Shown: piece after piece, positions 1-13,358 of the stretch
Numbering within the stretch: the stretch's first letter is position 1
Layout of the letters: every line of letters starts with the position of its first letter
Assembly (NCBI RefSeq): GCF_018977255.1
Contig: NW_024704743.1
Span: 86,244,001 to 86,308,000, forward strand
DNA length: 64,000 nucleotides
Reading direction: 5' to 3'
Source of the DNA: Callorhinchus milii
Lineage: Eukaryota
Made by a program: the position numbers and the translations under genes
The notes under the pieces: generated by a model
The model's input: only the letters and a program-made list of their open reading frames with translations
What the model was told of the DNA's origin: nothing
Database searches by the model: none

Positions 1-1619
1 AAATTGGCTGTCATGTTCACCCACAAAATACAGTCACTACACATAATGATAATCCTTGCATGTGATATAGTGCCTTATTACGTCTTTGAGACATCTCAAA
101 GCGCTTCACAGAATATTCTGTAAAGTGAATTGACTGTATATTTTGTGGGCAAAACACTGCAGCACTTGCACACAGTAGTTTTCCGTAAACAGACGTGGAT
201 TGAGTGATCACATTTTTTTTACCCCGGAGAAGGGATCCCCCAATTGAACCCTTCGATGGTTCTCACTCATTAATACATTGGGACAGACAAGGCAATTGAT
301 GACTTTTATTTATGGATCAGAATACAGTGTAACTAAAATCCAATGCAGAGTTTTATTCTGCAGAGAGCTGACCACTGAGGCAAATCATCCATTATTTATG
401 GGACATTGCGGTGTGCAAATTGGCTGCGTGTTCATCTACAACATAATAAGTCATTATACTTAGTAAGATTTTGTGATACACTCTGATATGCCACCGGCCA
501 CCCCCCTTCCCCTCCCGATGTCCTCCCAATGTGAATGGCTCTATACAAATGTAATATTGTTGTTATTGATATGTCCTCCTGGCACAAAAGGCACTATATC
601 AAATGCAGGGATTCTTATTATCCTATGTAACCATTTTGGAAGTGTTTCATTAAGCAAATTTCAATCCTAGTTGTCCTGTGAAAATCTAAATGCGATAAGA
701 GAGTTCAGGTGGCGGGAAGGGAATAGACTGATTTTTTTTCCCACATGACTTTGCTCCCCTTATTTTGTTTGCGGATGCTGGTGGTTGTGTGTGTTTTTAT
801 AAGTAGTTGGCTGGCGGTAATGGCTCCTTCCAGGTGGTGTCTGTGATACCATCTGATATTGGACTTTGAAATTCTGCCTGAAGAAAACATTTTAACAGGA
901 TTAATATGCAATAGGCCTGTTCAGAAGAGCTTTCCTGTGACTAAGTCTCAGGGGGCTTCCCTGTGGTTTTGTAATTAAACCAAGACTCCCATGCTCTTAG
1001 CTGTTGGTCTTTACATAAACGTAAAACCAGGCTGCTACTCAGGTGCCTGAAAATATATGACCCTTTTAATAAATGAGTAAGACTTTTTTAAGAGTTCTGG
1101 ATGTCAATTAGTTTATTAAGTAGAAAATATGCTGCTTAAACATCAGATTATGCTGGAGCATGATTTTTGGGATTGTCCATTGGAATAAAGAGACAGATTT
1201 TCTTCTTTGCCTCAAACTCTGCCCAAACATATGGGGCAACAACAAATTAAGATTTCATAATTTTTCACATTAGAGAAGCTATTGGAAAAGAAACTTAAGC
1301 ATGTAATTAATTGAGCCGAGTGTTAGTTCGTCTTAATCATTTTAAGAGAGTGCAGAATCATAAACTCGATCATAATTTGGATGTTGATTTTAAAATGCTC
1401 TTAAAATGTTCAAAATTAACACTGAATTTAAGACATTTTCACACTTTTCTGCACAACAGAATGCTTTTACAGGCTAAGGTTAGGTGTAATTTCTGGCCTT
1501 GTGTCCGGAACCATGCTGATTTTCTTGAGTATGTAAAAGTTTAATGTACCAGTGTATGTTTTTAATTATGAGGCACAGTAGTATCTTGGGAGGTGTAACC
1601 ACATTTGAACCCCATTTTT

Positions 1620-1770
1620 GAAACAAAAACAGAAGTCACTGGGAACACTCAGCAGGTCAGGCAGCGTCTATGGAGAAAGGAAAGTGAGTTAACAAGTCCA
1701 TGACCCTTCGTCAGAGTTCACAAAGGGTTCTGACGAAGGGTTGTGGACCCGAAACATTGACTCACTATCT
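1620..1770. mobile_element. Penelope-like element terminal-repeat remnant, inverted pair
   Basis: aacactcagcaggtcaggcagcgtctatggagaaagg..., then ccttcgtcag / ctgacgaagg inverted arms carrying hammerhead cores. Same family as 54376-55405. Confidence 0.6.
1726..1762 (+). ncRNA. Degenerate minimal hammerhead motif in a Penelope-like repeat
   Basis: GGTT-CTGACGA-A-GGGTT(GTG)GACCC-GAAA-CATT-GACT. The cores are intact, but stem III has ACAT in place of ACGT. Confidence 0.5.
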
Positions 1771-3254
1771 TAATTAGGATGTCAGGTGTACTACTGTGTT
1801 GAAAAATGAAACTTAACGGTGAAAGAATGGGTTGTTGCAAGTCACTCATTATTTAAAAAACCTTAACTGTCAGGTACATTTGTGAATGTCTTGTGGGGGG
1901 CAATAGCATGATAAAAGGAGAACAGTGCTCCTTTCCAAGTAGTTATGTGACCTTAGCAACCAGTCATTATCAATTGCTGGTGCATCGTCTGTTGGGAATT
2001 TGTTCACTTTTTCAGGTGTGCTAAGCTATTACATCATTGATAATAAATATACACAGATGTAGACTCACTTTTAGCTGTCTAATGTCTTTATATGGGACCC
2101 CAGTCATCTAATTTTAAAGTCTGTGAGAAACTCCTTTTCCTTTCCAATAACATAACTGCTCTTACCAGGAATAATGTTATTCTCAAAACATTAGTTAAAT
2201 ACTCGTGCATTTTATTTCTGTTTTTGAAACGCAATTCCTGTATTTTTTTTCTTTTGCTGCCTGTTTTATTCTAACTTGAACAAAACTTTTCTTAGCTGTA
2301 AGGCAGGTTTTTCTATTAGCACATATAAAGTTACTGGCAAGTGGTGCCTATCGCTTGTCCCACATGATTTTCTCTTGGTTCGGCTGGGTGGCTCTGTGGC
2401 GCTGGCTCTTATAATTTATTTGAATCGTCGATTTAATTCATTTCCAGCATTGCATTACTGCTAAGACTACTCTTCATAGCTGCTCCATGTCCAAAATGTG
2501 ATCAGTGCATCCATAATACTTCTACTGATTACTATACTCCCACTCTTCCTATATTATCATGTTAATTGAGGCTAGCACTTATTTTGAATCTGTCCGAGTG
2601 GAACTTTTAATTGTATGTATTGTGTATGTGTGCACGCATGTTCTGAACACACTATACTTAATGCAAACAGTTTTTACTGCTTTATCTTTTGTTCCTGAAT
2701 GATGAAGATCTTGTTACTTTTTGGGGTGGCAAAGATGAGGTGGGGCTTCTCTACCAATAAAGTTTGAGCCCTATGTAGACCCTGTCTACCATTGTGTCGG
2801 GCTTGAGGTTCATCAGAGGTAATTGATTTTGTGTCTTGAGTTAGTGAAATTCATTAAGTAGGTAGAAGTACTCTCTCACATGCTTCCCTCCCACATGACC
2901 GTGATATAGAGGAGATTGCTGCCTATACCCTCGGTGATTAGGACAAGGAGAAGATTGTTGACTATAGCTTTGGTAACTGTGAAACTGAGGGGATTATTGG
3001 CTAATAATACTAATCATCTTTATATTTGATACAGCACCTTTCGAATTGAGAGGCCATCTCAAAGTACTTCACAGGATGTATTGAAAAGTGTAGAGACCAT
3101 TATCCTGTGCTGACTGTGATATAAGGGTGGATTATATAAAAATTTTAATGATTAACAACCAACACAGGTTCAGAAAGCGTAGAACTTATCTGGCCAACCT
3201 CATACACATTTTCAAAGTGGTACCATTCCAAATTGACTGTGGGAAGCCATATGA

Positions 3255-3775
3255 CAAGGTGTAGCTAAACTTTCAAAAGGCATTTGACAAAGCATGATAT
3301 GAAACTGTGGTCACTGGGTATCAAGAGAATGGACATTGACATGGATTTAGAATTAGCTGAAGGGAGAGAAAGAAGTAGAGATTTGTTGTTGTTGGAGTTA
3401 GGTCAAAATGGTGTCAGGTATTAGGAGGGGCACCTCAGGGATCTGTACAAGGACTCTTCCTGTTCTTTGTATATATTAAAGACCTGGATTCACAGACCTA
3501 AATTTGTAAATTACTCTTTAAGTTCAGTGGGGCCATGAATCAATAAAGTGGCAATAAAGATCTTGAATAGAGAGCTTGATAGGGTATGCACATAATAATC
3601 CTTACATTTGTTATAGCGCCTTAGGATGTCGTCAAGACACGTCAAAGCTCTTCACCAGATTTTACTGTGAAGTCTAGTGAGTGCATTTATAAGTGCTGAC
3701 CACATTACATTGCCTGATGACAGCCAAATGACGTTCAGTACTAATAAGTGCAAGGTATTGAATATAGGAAATGTT
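3255..3775 (+). mobile_element. Degraded CR1 LINE RT fragment
   Basis: Remnants tttcaaaagggcatttgacaaa (FQKAFDK-like), gggcacctcagggatctgtac ([11 protein letters not shown]) and aataagtgcaaggtattg (NKCKVL). Confidence 0.6.
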
Positions 3776-6700
3776 TACAGCCAAACCATTCGATTAAGGT
3801 TGTTTTGGACTGTCATTTTTGGTAATTTTTCACCCTAAACTCGCTGCTCTCTATTATACTTCCCGCTTCATTTCACTCTTCTTCCACTAGTACAGCATTT
3901 GTTGAAAATTAGTTGTTTCACTGATATGTTCTTCCCCTTTCTTGAAACAGGTGTGCGTGTGGCTCATTGTATGCATACATGTGCCCGCAAGCCTGCGTGT
4001 GCATGGCCTAAATAAGCACCAGACTGCTTGACAGCTTTTGTTATGATCTGGTTAGATTGGGTCACTTTGTTGTACTTTTGGTAAATAATTGCTACTTACA
4101 TTTTAGTACACAATGCAGTTCTTAAATCTTAAATTCAGAATAATGATATCTTACATTTTGCTTCACACCTAATGCAACATCAAGGAGGAAAAGGGATGAA
4201 CCTTGAAACGAAAGAAATCTGATGAACATAAAATCGCTTAATCTGGAGAGGAGGAGGGGGAAAAAAAGCACAATCAGTTTTTTTTAAAGTAATACTGCCA
4301 TATGTTTTAACCTTACAAAGATGTTGTTGTGATTTTCCATCTGTTATTGACCGTACTTAAACTAAACAGATCAAGGAAAAGGATAACATAATGAAAGCTT
4401 AACTTGGGAGGAGGAAATGGGATTCATTTCATTACATTCTGTAGCCTGCAGTAAAATCTTCCTCCTTAATTACTGGAGCCCTTCAACTTGCCTGTAAACA
4501 TAAGGCTACCAGATACTTGATTTGCTTTGTGCATTTAATCGGGCTGTATTTTCGGAAGCCCTGGCACCCTGCAGCAGTTAGCCCATGTGCCTGCAGCATT
4601 CCCACATTCAGTCACCATCATTACTGATGTGATGGTGTATAGGGTTCTGGTGTACTGTGAATACACATGGTTCAGATCCCCTGCATAATGAATGGAAGTC
4701 CGCATGGATGCCCTCCAAGTGTTTAACTTACAAACCGCTTATTAAACTTTCAACTGGTCTTCTGGGCGATCAATATAAACATTGGACGTGGACACTTTAG
4801 ACACTTTGAGACATCTTCCCAACGTAAAAGTTGCCACATAAATGTATATTGTCTTAATTACACCAAACACTGCCAACCTTTTTTAAGAAGTACTTTCCTA
4901 ATAATTTGTGGTGAATTGAAGTCTGTCTTGCATTAAGGCTAGCTTCTGCCACCATCTTAACAATATTGTGATTTTTTTTTCTACAATGTCGCTCCATGTA
5001 TGCGAGAGTACTATGGGTTGGAGGACTTTTTTAATCTCTGAGATCAAGATTCATTTTCAGTCTCTAAACGCGAGTTGGGATTTTAAACTCTTTGATCAGT
5101 TGTCTCTGTGTGAGATGAATTTATCCAATTCAGTTAAATTCTCAATAGATGAGTGTCTATAGTACAATATTGTAGTGCCTATCATTGAGCCCCAATTAAT
5201 AACTAATGAGGAATTGATTGTTCCCTGTCCATGACATTTCAGGCATTCAAAAGAGAGCTGCATAGATGTATGGTAAGGAAGGATGTTCAGGTGAGATATG
5301 AAACCAAGGCACAGTCTACCTGTTCAGGTGGATGTTATGGATCCCGTGGCACAATTTTAAAAGAAAAAGGAGTTCCTCCTGGTGCCCTGAGCAACACTCC
5401 CCAAATAAAATTGTTCATTCATCGAATGAATAAATTATTAGAAAGAGTTTAATAATCTGCTCAGCCTGCTTAGTGATTGTGTTTAGCTATATTGAGAACC
5501 TCTTCACCGTCGAATGTGAAAGCTGATATGTTTACTGGTCAGTCCTGGGTGGAAGGAGGGTGTTGACCGCTGACTAATAGGCAGCCATGTATATTTGAGT
5601 TTTAAGGTAAATGCAGGATTTCCCTGATGTAAACGTTAACGATGACCTGCATCGGGCAGCCTGCAAAATTTCATAGGCATTGCAGTACATTTGTGTCAGT
5701 TGTTGTATTGTATTGTGGAATTTCATATCGTGCCCCAAATCAGTAACTTTGGGCTCCGCCTGAGTGAGTTGCATGGAAATGGAAAGGCAAGGCTGCCAAT
5801 TTTTTTCTGCATAAGCTCTTGCTGTCTATGCCAGGCAGACTGATGGTATTCTGTGCGTGACTCACATCAATGTTCGGTGTGGTGCAATATTGGGTAAACT
5901 GGGTTTTGATCAAAACCATAACCTGCACCAAAACAAAATACTTTAACCATGCATCATTTACACTTTTTTCCCCAGTGTCCTCAAAACTTTATGGTTTGTT
6001 TTAATCAAATGAAACACCCTCTAACGGGCATCTGTGTGAAACTTTTTAATAAATACATAGTACCTCATCTAACTTACTGCACAGTGTCCTGCAGCATCTC
6101 TAACTTCAAGGCCGTACAGCAGTTTGTGGAAGTGGTTGGCATCATGTCTTCTGGTAGAAGTCCACATCCCACCTTCAGAGACAACCTGGACTAAAGGTTG
6201 GACTAAATCAGGGCCTTGGGACGTCCTCCCGACATGACAGGCGCTCTATAAATGTAATTTTGTTGTTGTTGTTGTAAAGAGCATTGTCTGCTGTCCAGTG
6301 TGACAACCAGTGAGGGTGGGGGAGGAGGAAGAGAAGGGGATTGTAGTATGAGTGTTGGCCTGTCCTGCTAGCCAGCAATGCATGTTTGGCATTTGTAGGA
6401 GGTCTGCAGTCAAGTTACAATTTGAACCAATGTGACATTCATTCAGTTGTGGTTGAAGCAGAAATAATCCATGTATTTGAAAGGAAGACAATGCGTACAT
6501 GAGGGAGAATGAACTATAGATGTATGGGAGAGCATATTAGAAGGCGCATTTTGTGGAGTGTAAACACTGGCAGGGACTAGTTGGGCCAATGGCCTGTTTA
6601 ATATCCTGCTATAATGTTTTATGTAAGACAACTTGTTTGATAAAATAATCACGTAACTCCCACTATACCCCAGACATTTCAACCAAGGTCACCTAAGAGC

Positions 6701-7369
6701 TATCATTCCCTTCCTTACCTTTAACCAGTAATTTAAATTGTGATTTTAACCATATTACCCAATAACATCAGTTTGTAAAAGAATCTCCCATGTGGCCCTT
6801 TATGTGGACAAAAGTCCCTCAAAGGACTTTTGGAAGTCTATAGTCCTCCACTGCGAAATTAGGATGCCAATTTTTTTTTAGAAAAAAGTTGAGAGTTAGT
6901 CAAATTTGGCTTTATTGCATTTTCAAGGAGGTAATCTTCCATTTTGCAGCTAGAGATTGATTCTGGTCCCGAGGTCTCTCTTGTCTGGTCATGGTTATGG
7001 TTCAGTTATCTATCCTTGACATATAGGAACCACATTTGCTTGCTTTCTGTCTCGTATCTTCTACAGTGTTGATTGACTGACTGTTTCAAAATATTATAAT
7101 AATAATAATCCTTGCATTTGATATAGCTCCTTATCACATCTTTGAGACGTCTCAATGCACTTCACAGAATATACTAAAAAGTGAATTAACTGTATACTAT
7201 ATCAGTGTTTCACAAATCTGATGTTTTAGGAAGGAGTATGGAGCTTTTTAACTGGATGTAAATCAGAAGAATGAGAAGAAAACAGTTGAGATTATCTGGA
7301 TTGTATCTATTTGATGTTTGCAGTACAGATTTTCCAGCACATTTTAGAACATTTTATGATGGCCAAAGA

Positions 7370-7862
7370 CATTGTCAAAGAGGAAGGTCTTCAGACCAGA
7401 CTTGAAGGAGGCAAGAGAGGGGGTGAGGCAAAGGGATTGCAGGATAGTTCCAGAGCTTGGGGGCAGAATGCTGAATGTCCAACCACCAATGGTGGGGCGG
7501 GAAGTGTGGGGGACCTGAAGCAGGCCAGTGTCCGCCGAGCAGAGGCAGCGGACAGGCTGATATGGGGTTATGAGGTCGGAGAGGTAGGGGGCGCAAGACT
7601 GTGGAGAGCCTTGAAAGTAAGAACAAAGGTTTTATACTCGATTCTCTGAGGAATGGGGAGCCAGTGAAGCCGGGCAAGAACAGGGGTGATTGGTTTCCGG
7701 AGCCTGGTGCGGGAGAAGACACAAGCTGCAGGGTTCTGAATAATCTGCAGCTTGTGGAGGGAAGAGTTGGGAAGTCCAGTGAGCAGGCAGTTGGCGTAGT
7801 CAAGCCAGGACATAATGAAAGCGTGGATCAAGGTCTTGGCTGCCTACGGTAAGAGGCAATGG
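7370..7862 (-). mobile_element. L2 LINE fragment
   Basis: LDYANCLLTGLP..LQIIQNPAA..LHWLPIPQRIEYK. Confidence 0.88.
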
Positions 7863-7939
7863 CAGAAGCAAATATAGTCAATTCAATTTGCAATATACTC
7901 TGTGAAGCCAGAATATATTGCAAATTGAAACCAACATCC

Positions 7940-8376
7940 AGAATGTGTGTTGGTGTACTACTGGGCTCTAATCAGCTAAAATTGCGTAGCTTGCCATTAA
8001 TATTGCTCTCCCACAAGCTTTCTTGCTGCTTGTCCAGCAAGGACCACCGTATCCGTTAAGGCTTTGGCTTGCAGAATTAACAGGAGCTGAGTGGGATGAT
8101 TCCTTGTCCCCTGTTACTTGGCTGCATTTCCCGGTTCTACTGATGAGCCAGGCTGGCTCTGCTGTCATCAGCAGTGCCCTGGAATACTGCGGTTCCGCCT
8201 GGCTCAGGAACCGGATTACCAAGACCACCAGAGAGGGCCGGCTCGATTCCAACATTCCATAGCCAGGCATGGCACCTTGGAGCGAGTTCAGTTTCAAGGA
8301 GACCTCCGTTTACCCCCCACCACCCCCCCATCCCCTAAAGAAGATAGTCACTAGTTTGTCGTTCGACATCTGACAA
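7940..8376. repeat. Unclassified repeat, copy of the 39285-39925 family
   Basis: cagctaaaa.tgc.tagcttgccatt, gctttggcttgcag, ggctcaggaac and the end gacatctgacaa are shared. Confidence 0.78.
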
Positions 8377-9147
8377 ATGCAATTTCCTGCAGCTTTAAAC
8401 CCAACCGTTTGACTTAGGCAAGTTGATGTGGTGTTGGGGGTTGAGCTTCTTTATCCATAGTTAGACACTGATGGGAGCAGAAATTCCAAATGTTGTATTG
8501 TGACAGTAATAATTACCACATCAAATGCCCTATATATTTTGCACCTCATTATTACGATTGTTTCTGAACCTATAGTAAAAATAAAGCAGGCTACAATTCC
8601 ATTGCGCAATAAAATTAGAAAAAAGAGCCAGACCAATATAGACTACAGCGTTAACGTATTCATAAGTACTCATCTCATTTCTAATTCAGGATTCACCAAA
8701 CTACATTTGCTTTTAAACTGAAGGACGGATTTCTAATCTTAAGAACTCCTTTGATGTCTAATTGGCTTCACACAACTTAGCTCCGCTCACGTTTTTATCC
8801 ATGGCCACTGCACAATGATATCTGTTCTACTCTATCACAGCTTTGAAACATTTTAGTGGTTTATTATCAGCACTTAAATTAGAGATTTCTAAACATTGAA
8901 AAATTAATTGAATGTTACAAATCTTCTTCCTGATCTTCAAAACCTGTCATGGATTCTATACCTGTGACATCTCCTCCGGTCCTTATTTTCCAACCCATAC
9001 CCTCAAGTCTTTTGAATTCTCATTTACTGCTTGTTCCTTCCTCTCTCCATCCCACGTTGCTCCTCTAGGCACATTGGAAAAATGTTTCTAAATGCTTCAT
9101 AGGATGTATTGTAAAGTGCAGTGACAGTATTTTTTAGGCAGTAGGCA

Positions 9148-10332
9148 ACAACAACAACAACAAGATTCCATTTATAGAGTGCCTTTCACGTCGGGAGGAC
9201 GTCCCGAGGCGCTGTACAGTTGGGTCAGGACCCGAGCGGGGGGAAATGGTCAGGGTGATGGGAAGGAAGGGAGGGAGCGAGGAGGGGGTAGAGTCGAGAG
9301 AGGAGCTGAAAGGACGGTCAAAGAGAAAGGTCTTGAGACCGGCCTTGAAGGAGGAAAGGGAGGAGGCAAGGCGAAGGCACTGGGGGATAGAGTTCCAGAG
9401 CCTAAGGGCTGAGAGGCTGAAGGTCCGGCCACCAATGGTAGGGCGGTTGGGGCGGGGGATGTGGAGCAGACCGGAGCCAGAGGAACGGAGGGTACGGGCA
9501 GGTAGGTAGGGGGATAGTAGGTTGGAGAGGTAGGAGGGAGCGAGGCCGTGAATGGCCTTGTAGGTGAGGGTGAGGATCTTGAATTCGATCCTCTGGGGGA
9601 TGGGGAGCCAGTGGAGGCAAGCGAGGGTGGGAGTGATGTGGTCCCGAAGCCTGGTGCGGGACAGTACACGAGCTGCAGAGTTCTGAATGACCTGCAGCTT
9701 GTGGAGGGAGGTGCCGGGAAGGCCGGCGAGGAGAGAGTTCCCATAGTCCAGCCTTGAGGTGATAAAGGCGTGAACCAGGGTTTCAGCAGCGTGAGGGGTG
9801 AGGTAGTGCCGTAGTCTGGCGATATTCCGGATGTGATGGAAGGCGGTGCCAGTTGTGGTGCGGATGTGAGGGAGAAAGGACAGCTCAGGGTCGAACAGAA
9901 CCCCGAGGTTCCTGACTGGCTTTGAGAGGTGGAGAGTGCAGCCTTGGATGCTGATGCTGTCAGCGCCTGAGGTGCGGAGGCGCTGACGTGAGCCAATCAG
10001 GAGGGCCTCAGTTTTACGCACGTTGAGCTGAAGAAAGTTGTCTCTCGTCCAGGACTCGATGTCGGACAGGCAGCTGTCAGGACATCGGTGGTCGTGGAGT
10101 TGAAGGTAGAGGAGGAAAGGTAGAGTTGGGTGTCATCCGCATACATGTGGAAGTTAACCCCATGTCTGCGGATGATGTCACCAAGGGGGAGCATATAGAG
10201 GGTGAAGAGGAGGGGACCGAGGACAGAGCCCTGAGGGACACCGCACGAGACAGTGCGGGGGCTGGAGGAAAAGTCATTCGTGGAAACAAAGTGAAGACGG
10301 TGGGAGAGGTACGACCTAAACTACTCAAGGAC
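9148..10332 (-). mobile_element. L2 LINE, 5'-truncated (RT C-terminal half and 3' tail)
   Basis: [10 protein letters not shown] and [10 protein letters not shown] motifs, then a 295-aa frame with VRNLGVLFD, SRLDYGNSLL, LHWLPIPQRIEFKIL. (CAA)n tail at 9147-9162. Candidate TSD aggca (9143-9147, 10333-10337). Inserted into a Deu-SINE. Confidence 0.92.
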
Positions 10333-10610
10333 AGGCAGATGGGGCAGCCAATTTGAACACAGGAAAGTCCCACAAAATGACCAGAGTAATGAATTTTGTC
10401 TGGGGCATTATAGGCCAGGACACCAAGAAACTCTTCTCTTTTCGACTCGTGTTTGGGATCTCTAATGTCCACCTGAACAAGTAGATGGGACCTTGGTTTA
10501 AACATGTCATCTGAAAGTCAGCACCTCCGATAATGCAACACACCCCAGCATTGCATTGGAGTGGCCAAGGCTTATGAGTTCAAAGTCCTAAAATGGGGCT
10601 TGAGGCCCCT
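10333..10610 (-). mobile_element. Deu-domain SINE (split by L2; tail part at about 9070-9146)
   Basis: gggatctctaatgtccacctgaacaagtagatgggaccttggtttaaac core. Confidence 0.72.
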
Positions 10611-11257
10611 CTCATTTGACTCACTTCTCTTAATTTTTTTTTATTGATGCAAGGAATACTTCAGTATAGCAAATACTGAAATGTTGCAATTGAATTCTGG
10701 CTGCAAAATTGCCTCATTTTTATTCAACCATTGGAAAATCTATAGTTTTTCAATTTTGTAATGCTTTATTGAACTAGATAAGACTTAATTTAACTTGCTT
10801 TGACTGGCAAGCATCTTTGCATTTTTCAGCAATAAACTCATCAGTTTCTTTTTTTTGATCATTTACCGACTTACTTTCCTTTGTGGAACTATTTAGTGTT
10901 TTTAAAAGACTCCCACAACTGGGAGAATTCAGTGATGATTTAACTGCAGAGCATTGCCTTCACAGTAAAATACATTTTATGTGTGAGTTCCTTAATGGAA
11001 CGTAATCCAATTTTCTAGCACGAAAATTAAATCTTGATGGCGCCAGTAGTCTCCTTTTATTTAAGTAGAAATAAAGTTCTACGAAGTCGTATACGTTGAG
11101 GAGGAAATCATTCTTTGTAATTACTTTAAATGTTGGCAATTTTTGCGCATGAACAGAAATAGTGGTGTTTGTGCTGCTTCGAGCATTCAGATGCTTGTTA
11201 GTAAATTGATCAAAAAATAATGATTTTGACAAACCCACTCTATTGATATTTACATCT

Positions 11258-11615
11258 TGGTAGTCCGGCTTCTGAGCCAGGTGGGTCTACAGTACTCCAG
11301 GGCACAGCCAGCCTGGTTCATCAGCAGGACCTGGAAGGGCAGACCAGTCACTGGGAGCTCCTGTTAACCCTGCAAGCCAAAGTCCTAACTGGTAGGGTGG
11401 GCCTAGCTGGACATGCAGGGGGAAAGCTTGCTGGACAGTAAAGTCAATGGCAAGCTATACAGCTTTAGCTGGTTGGACTTCAGCAGTACCCCAGCGCATA
11501 CTCTGGGGTCCCCAAGCCTTGGCCCTTGCCAACCTGTGCCTAATACTTTCCGTAAGAAGGTAAGCAGGATCCATACCTTCAGGGAGAGAGTGGGCATTCC
11601 ATCCCAAAAATGACT
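11258..11615. repeat. Unclassified repeat, copy of the 39285-39925 family
   Basis: cagtactccag.gcac, ggaagggcagaccagtca, cagcagtacccc and cagggagagagtg are shared. Confidence 0.75.
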
Positions 11616-12039
11616 TGGACAATATGGAATATGACCTCATGTACACTGATAACTTTACACTACTTCACTGAAGATTTCTTTCTTCACATTTATTCATCAG
11701 TGTATTTAAGAAGAAAAGATGCATAGGTGAGGGAGAAGGGAATAGAGGGGCTTAGGTGGAGGCTTATATGGAATAAAAACACCAGCAATAGTGAATGGCC
11801 TGTTTCCATGTTCTATTGTTCCATGCTAGCTCAGAAGGATTGCATCTGGCAGCAATTTATCAGTGCAAGAAGCAAAATCCAGTATTGTTCTTATCTGACA
11901 CCCACCTTTATTTGCATGTCCGTCTGCTTCTCTCCAGAATGGAGTCCGAATCCATCATTTTACTTGGGTGGTGGAGGCAGAGGCAATCCACATCTCAGCA
12001 ACTCTCTGTGAAAATATTCCCTAAGATCTCCCTTCACTT

Positions 12040-12290
12040 TTGTGACAATCTTATACCAATGCCCTTAGTCATGCCTCACCCTGCCAAAATCCCTCATCAT
12101 TTTGTAGAACTATTATCAGTCTCCTTTCAACCTTCTCTGCTCCAATCAAAACAGACCCAACTTCTTCAATTCCCCCCTCATTACTAAAGCCCCTCATCCT
12201 TGGTATCATTCTATTAAATCTCCTCTGCGATCCTCTAAGGCCTTACATCTTTCCTGAAATGCCCAAAACTGAATACAATACTCCAGCTGT
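12040..12290 (-). mobile_element. CR1 fragment
   Basis: gaatacaatactccagctg, aatctcctctgc and tttcaaccttctctgctcc are reverse complements of LEYCIQF and RLKG-like CR1 motifs. Confidence 0.5.
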
Positions 12291-13084
12291 ATTGATGCAC
12301 CTCAAATCGTACCGACCTGTCTGCTCCCTTTGTTCAGCAGGCACTGGCCTACTTCATGACCCCTGCTCCACCATCAGCGATTGGCCTTTTAGCCCATAAG
12401 CTCAATGAAAATGTCTCTATATAACCTAGTGGTGGTGATGATGTGGTGATGGGCAGCATATTTTGCTCAGTTTCCTGTTTTTTTTAAATCATCTTGAAGG
12501 AGAACAGCGCTAGATATATGGTTTGCTTTTACAAGTGGACTGAGTGGAGTGTGGGAGGAAAGAAAAGGGAACCAAAAATGCTATGAAGAAGCCAGGCTGC
12601 TGAAGGGAATGAATTGTGGTTGGAGAAGAGCCAGGAATGGCAGACGACCTTAAGGTTGCAAATGCTGAAGTTCAAAATAAGTCTGTTTTTATAGAATTTT
12701 ACTCTGAGCCAGCAGATAAATATTTAACTCAGAGACTGGAAACATTTAGAAGAATATAGCAGAAACTAGGTGTGAGCAGTGTGTGCTTACTTGTTTCTTA
12801 CTCTGTTACACTGCTAATTTGTTTGTTGCACAATTTGAGCTGTGGGCTCCCAAAAATTCAAAGTGTATGCAGAAAGCTGGCTACCGCGCTTCAAATCCTG
12901 TCTGGCGTCTTGCGAGCTTAACAAATGGGTGGCTTCTGAGTCATCTCATCACTGCTACACGTGAGAAGTGACGACCCAAAAGTTTGGCCAGGTTTTAACT
13001 CGGGAAACCAATTGATTGCGCCACCTGAACGTGTCCATTTGTTGGTAGTTGTAACACGATAGAAATTTTGTTGGAGACAGGGTG

Positions 13085-13358
13085 CAACAACAACAACAAC
13101 AAAATTACAATTGTATAGAGCCTTTCATGTCAGGAGGACGTCCCAAGGTGCTGGACAGTTACTGTTCAGATCCGAGCTGGGGGCCAGATTGGGGAGGGTG
13201 GAGGGCAGTGGGGGAGCAGGGTGATTGAAAGCACAGTCGAAGAGGAGAGTCTTGAGATGGGTCTTGAAGGAGGCAAGGGAGGGGATGAGGTGGAGGGACT
13301 GTGGGATGGAGTTCCAGAGGCTAGGGGCAGAATGGCAGAAGACACGCCCGCCAATGGT
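13085..13358 (-). mobile_element. L2 LINE 3' end
   Basis: GGRVFCHSAPSLWNSIP..FKTHLKTLLF plus a (CAA)n tail. Confidence 0.88.

Noticed and set aside
9134..10021. 295-aa ORF as a host gene or active reverse transcriptase
   Set aside because: It is the C-terminal part of a 5'-truncated L2 ORF2, frameshifted away from the YADD segment and reading through the 3' tail.
10960..11238. 92-aa minus-strand ORF
   Set aside because: Non-ATG start, no recognisable domain or splice context, and antisense to the RSPO2 intron.
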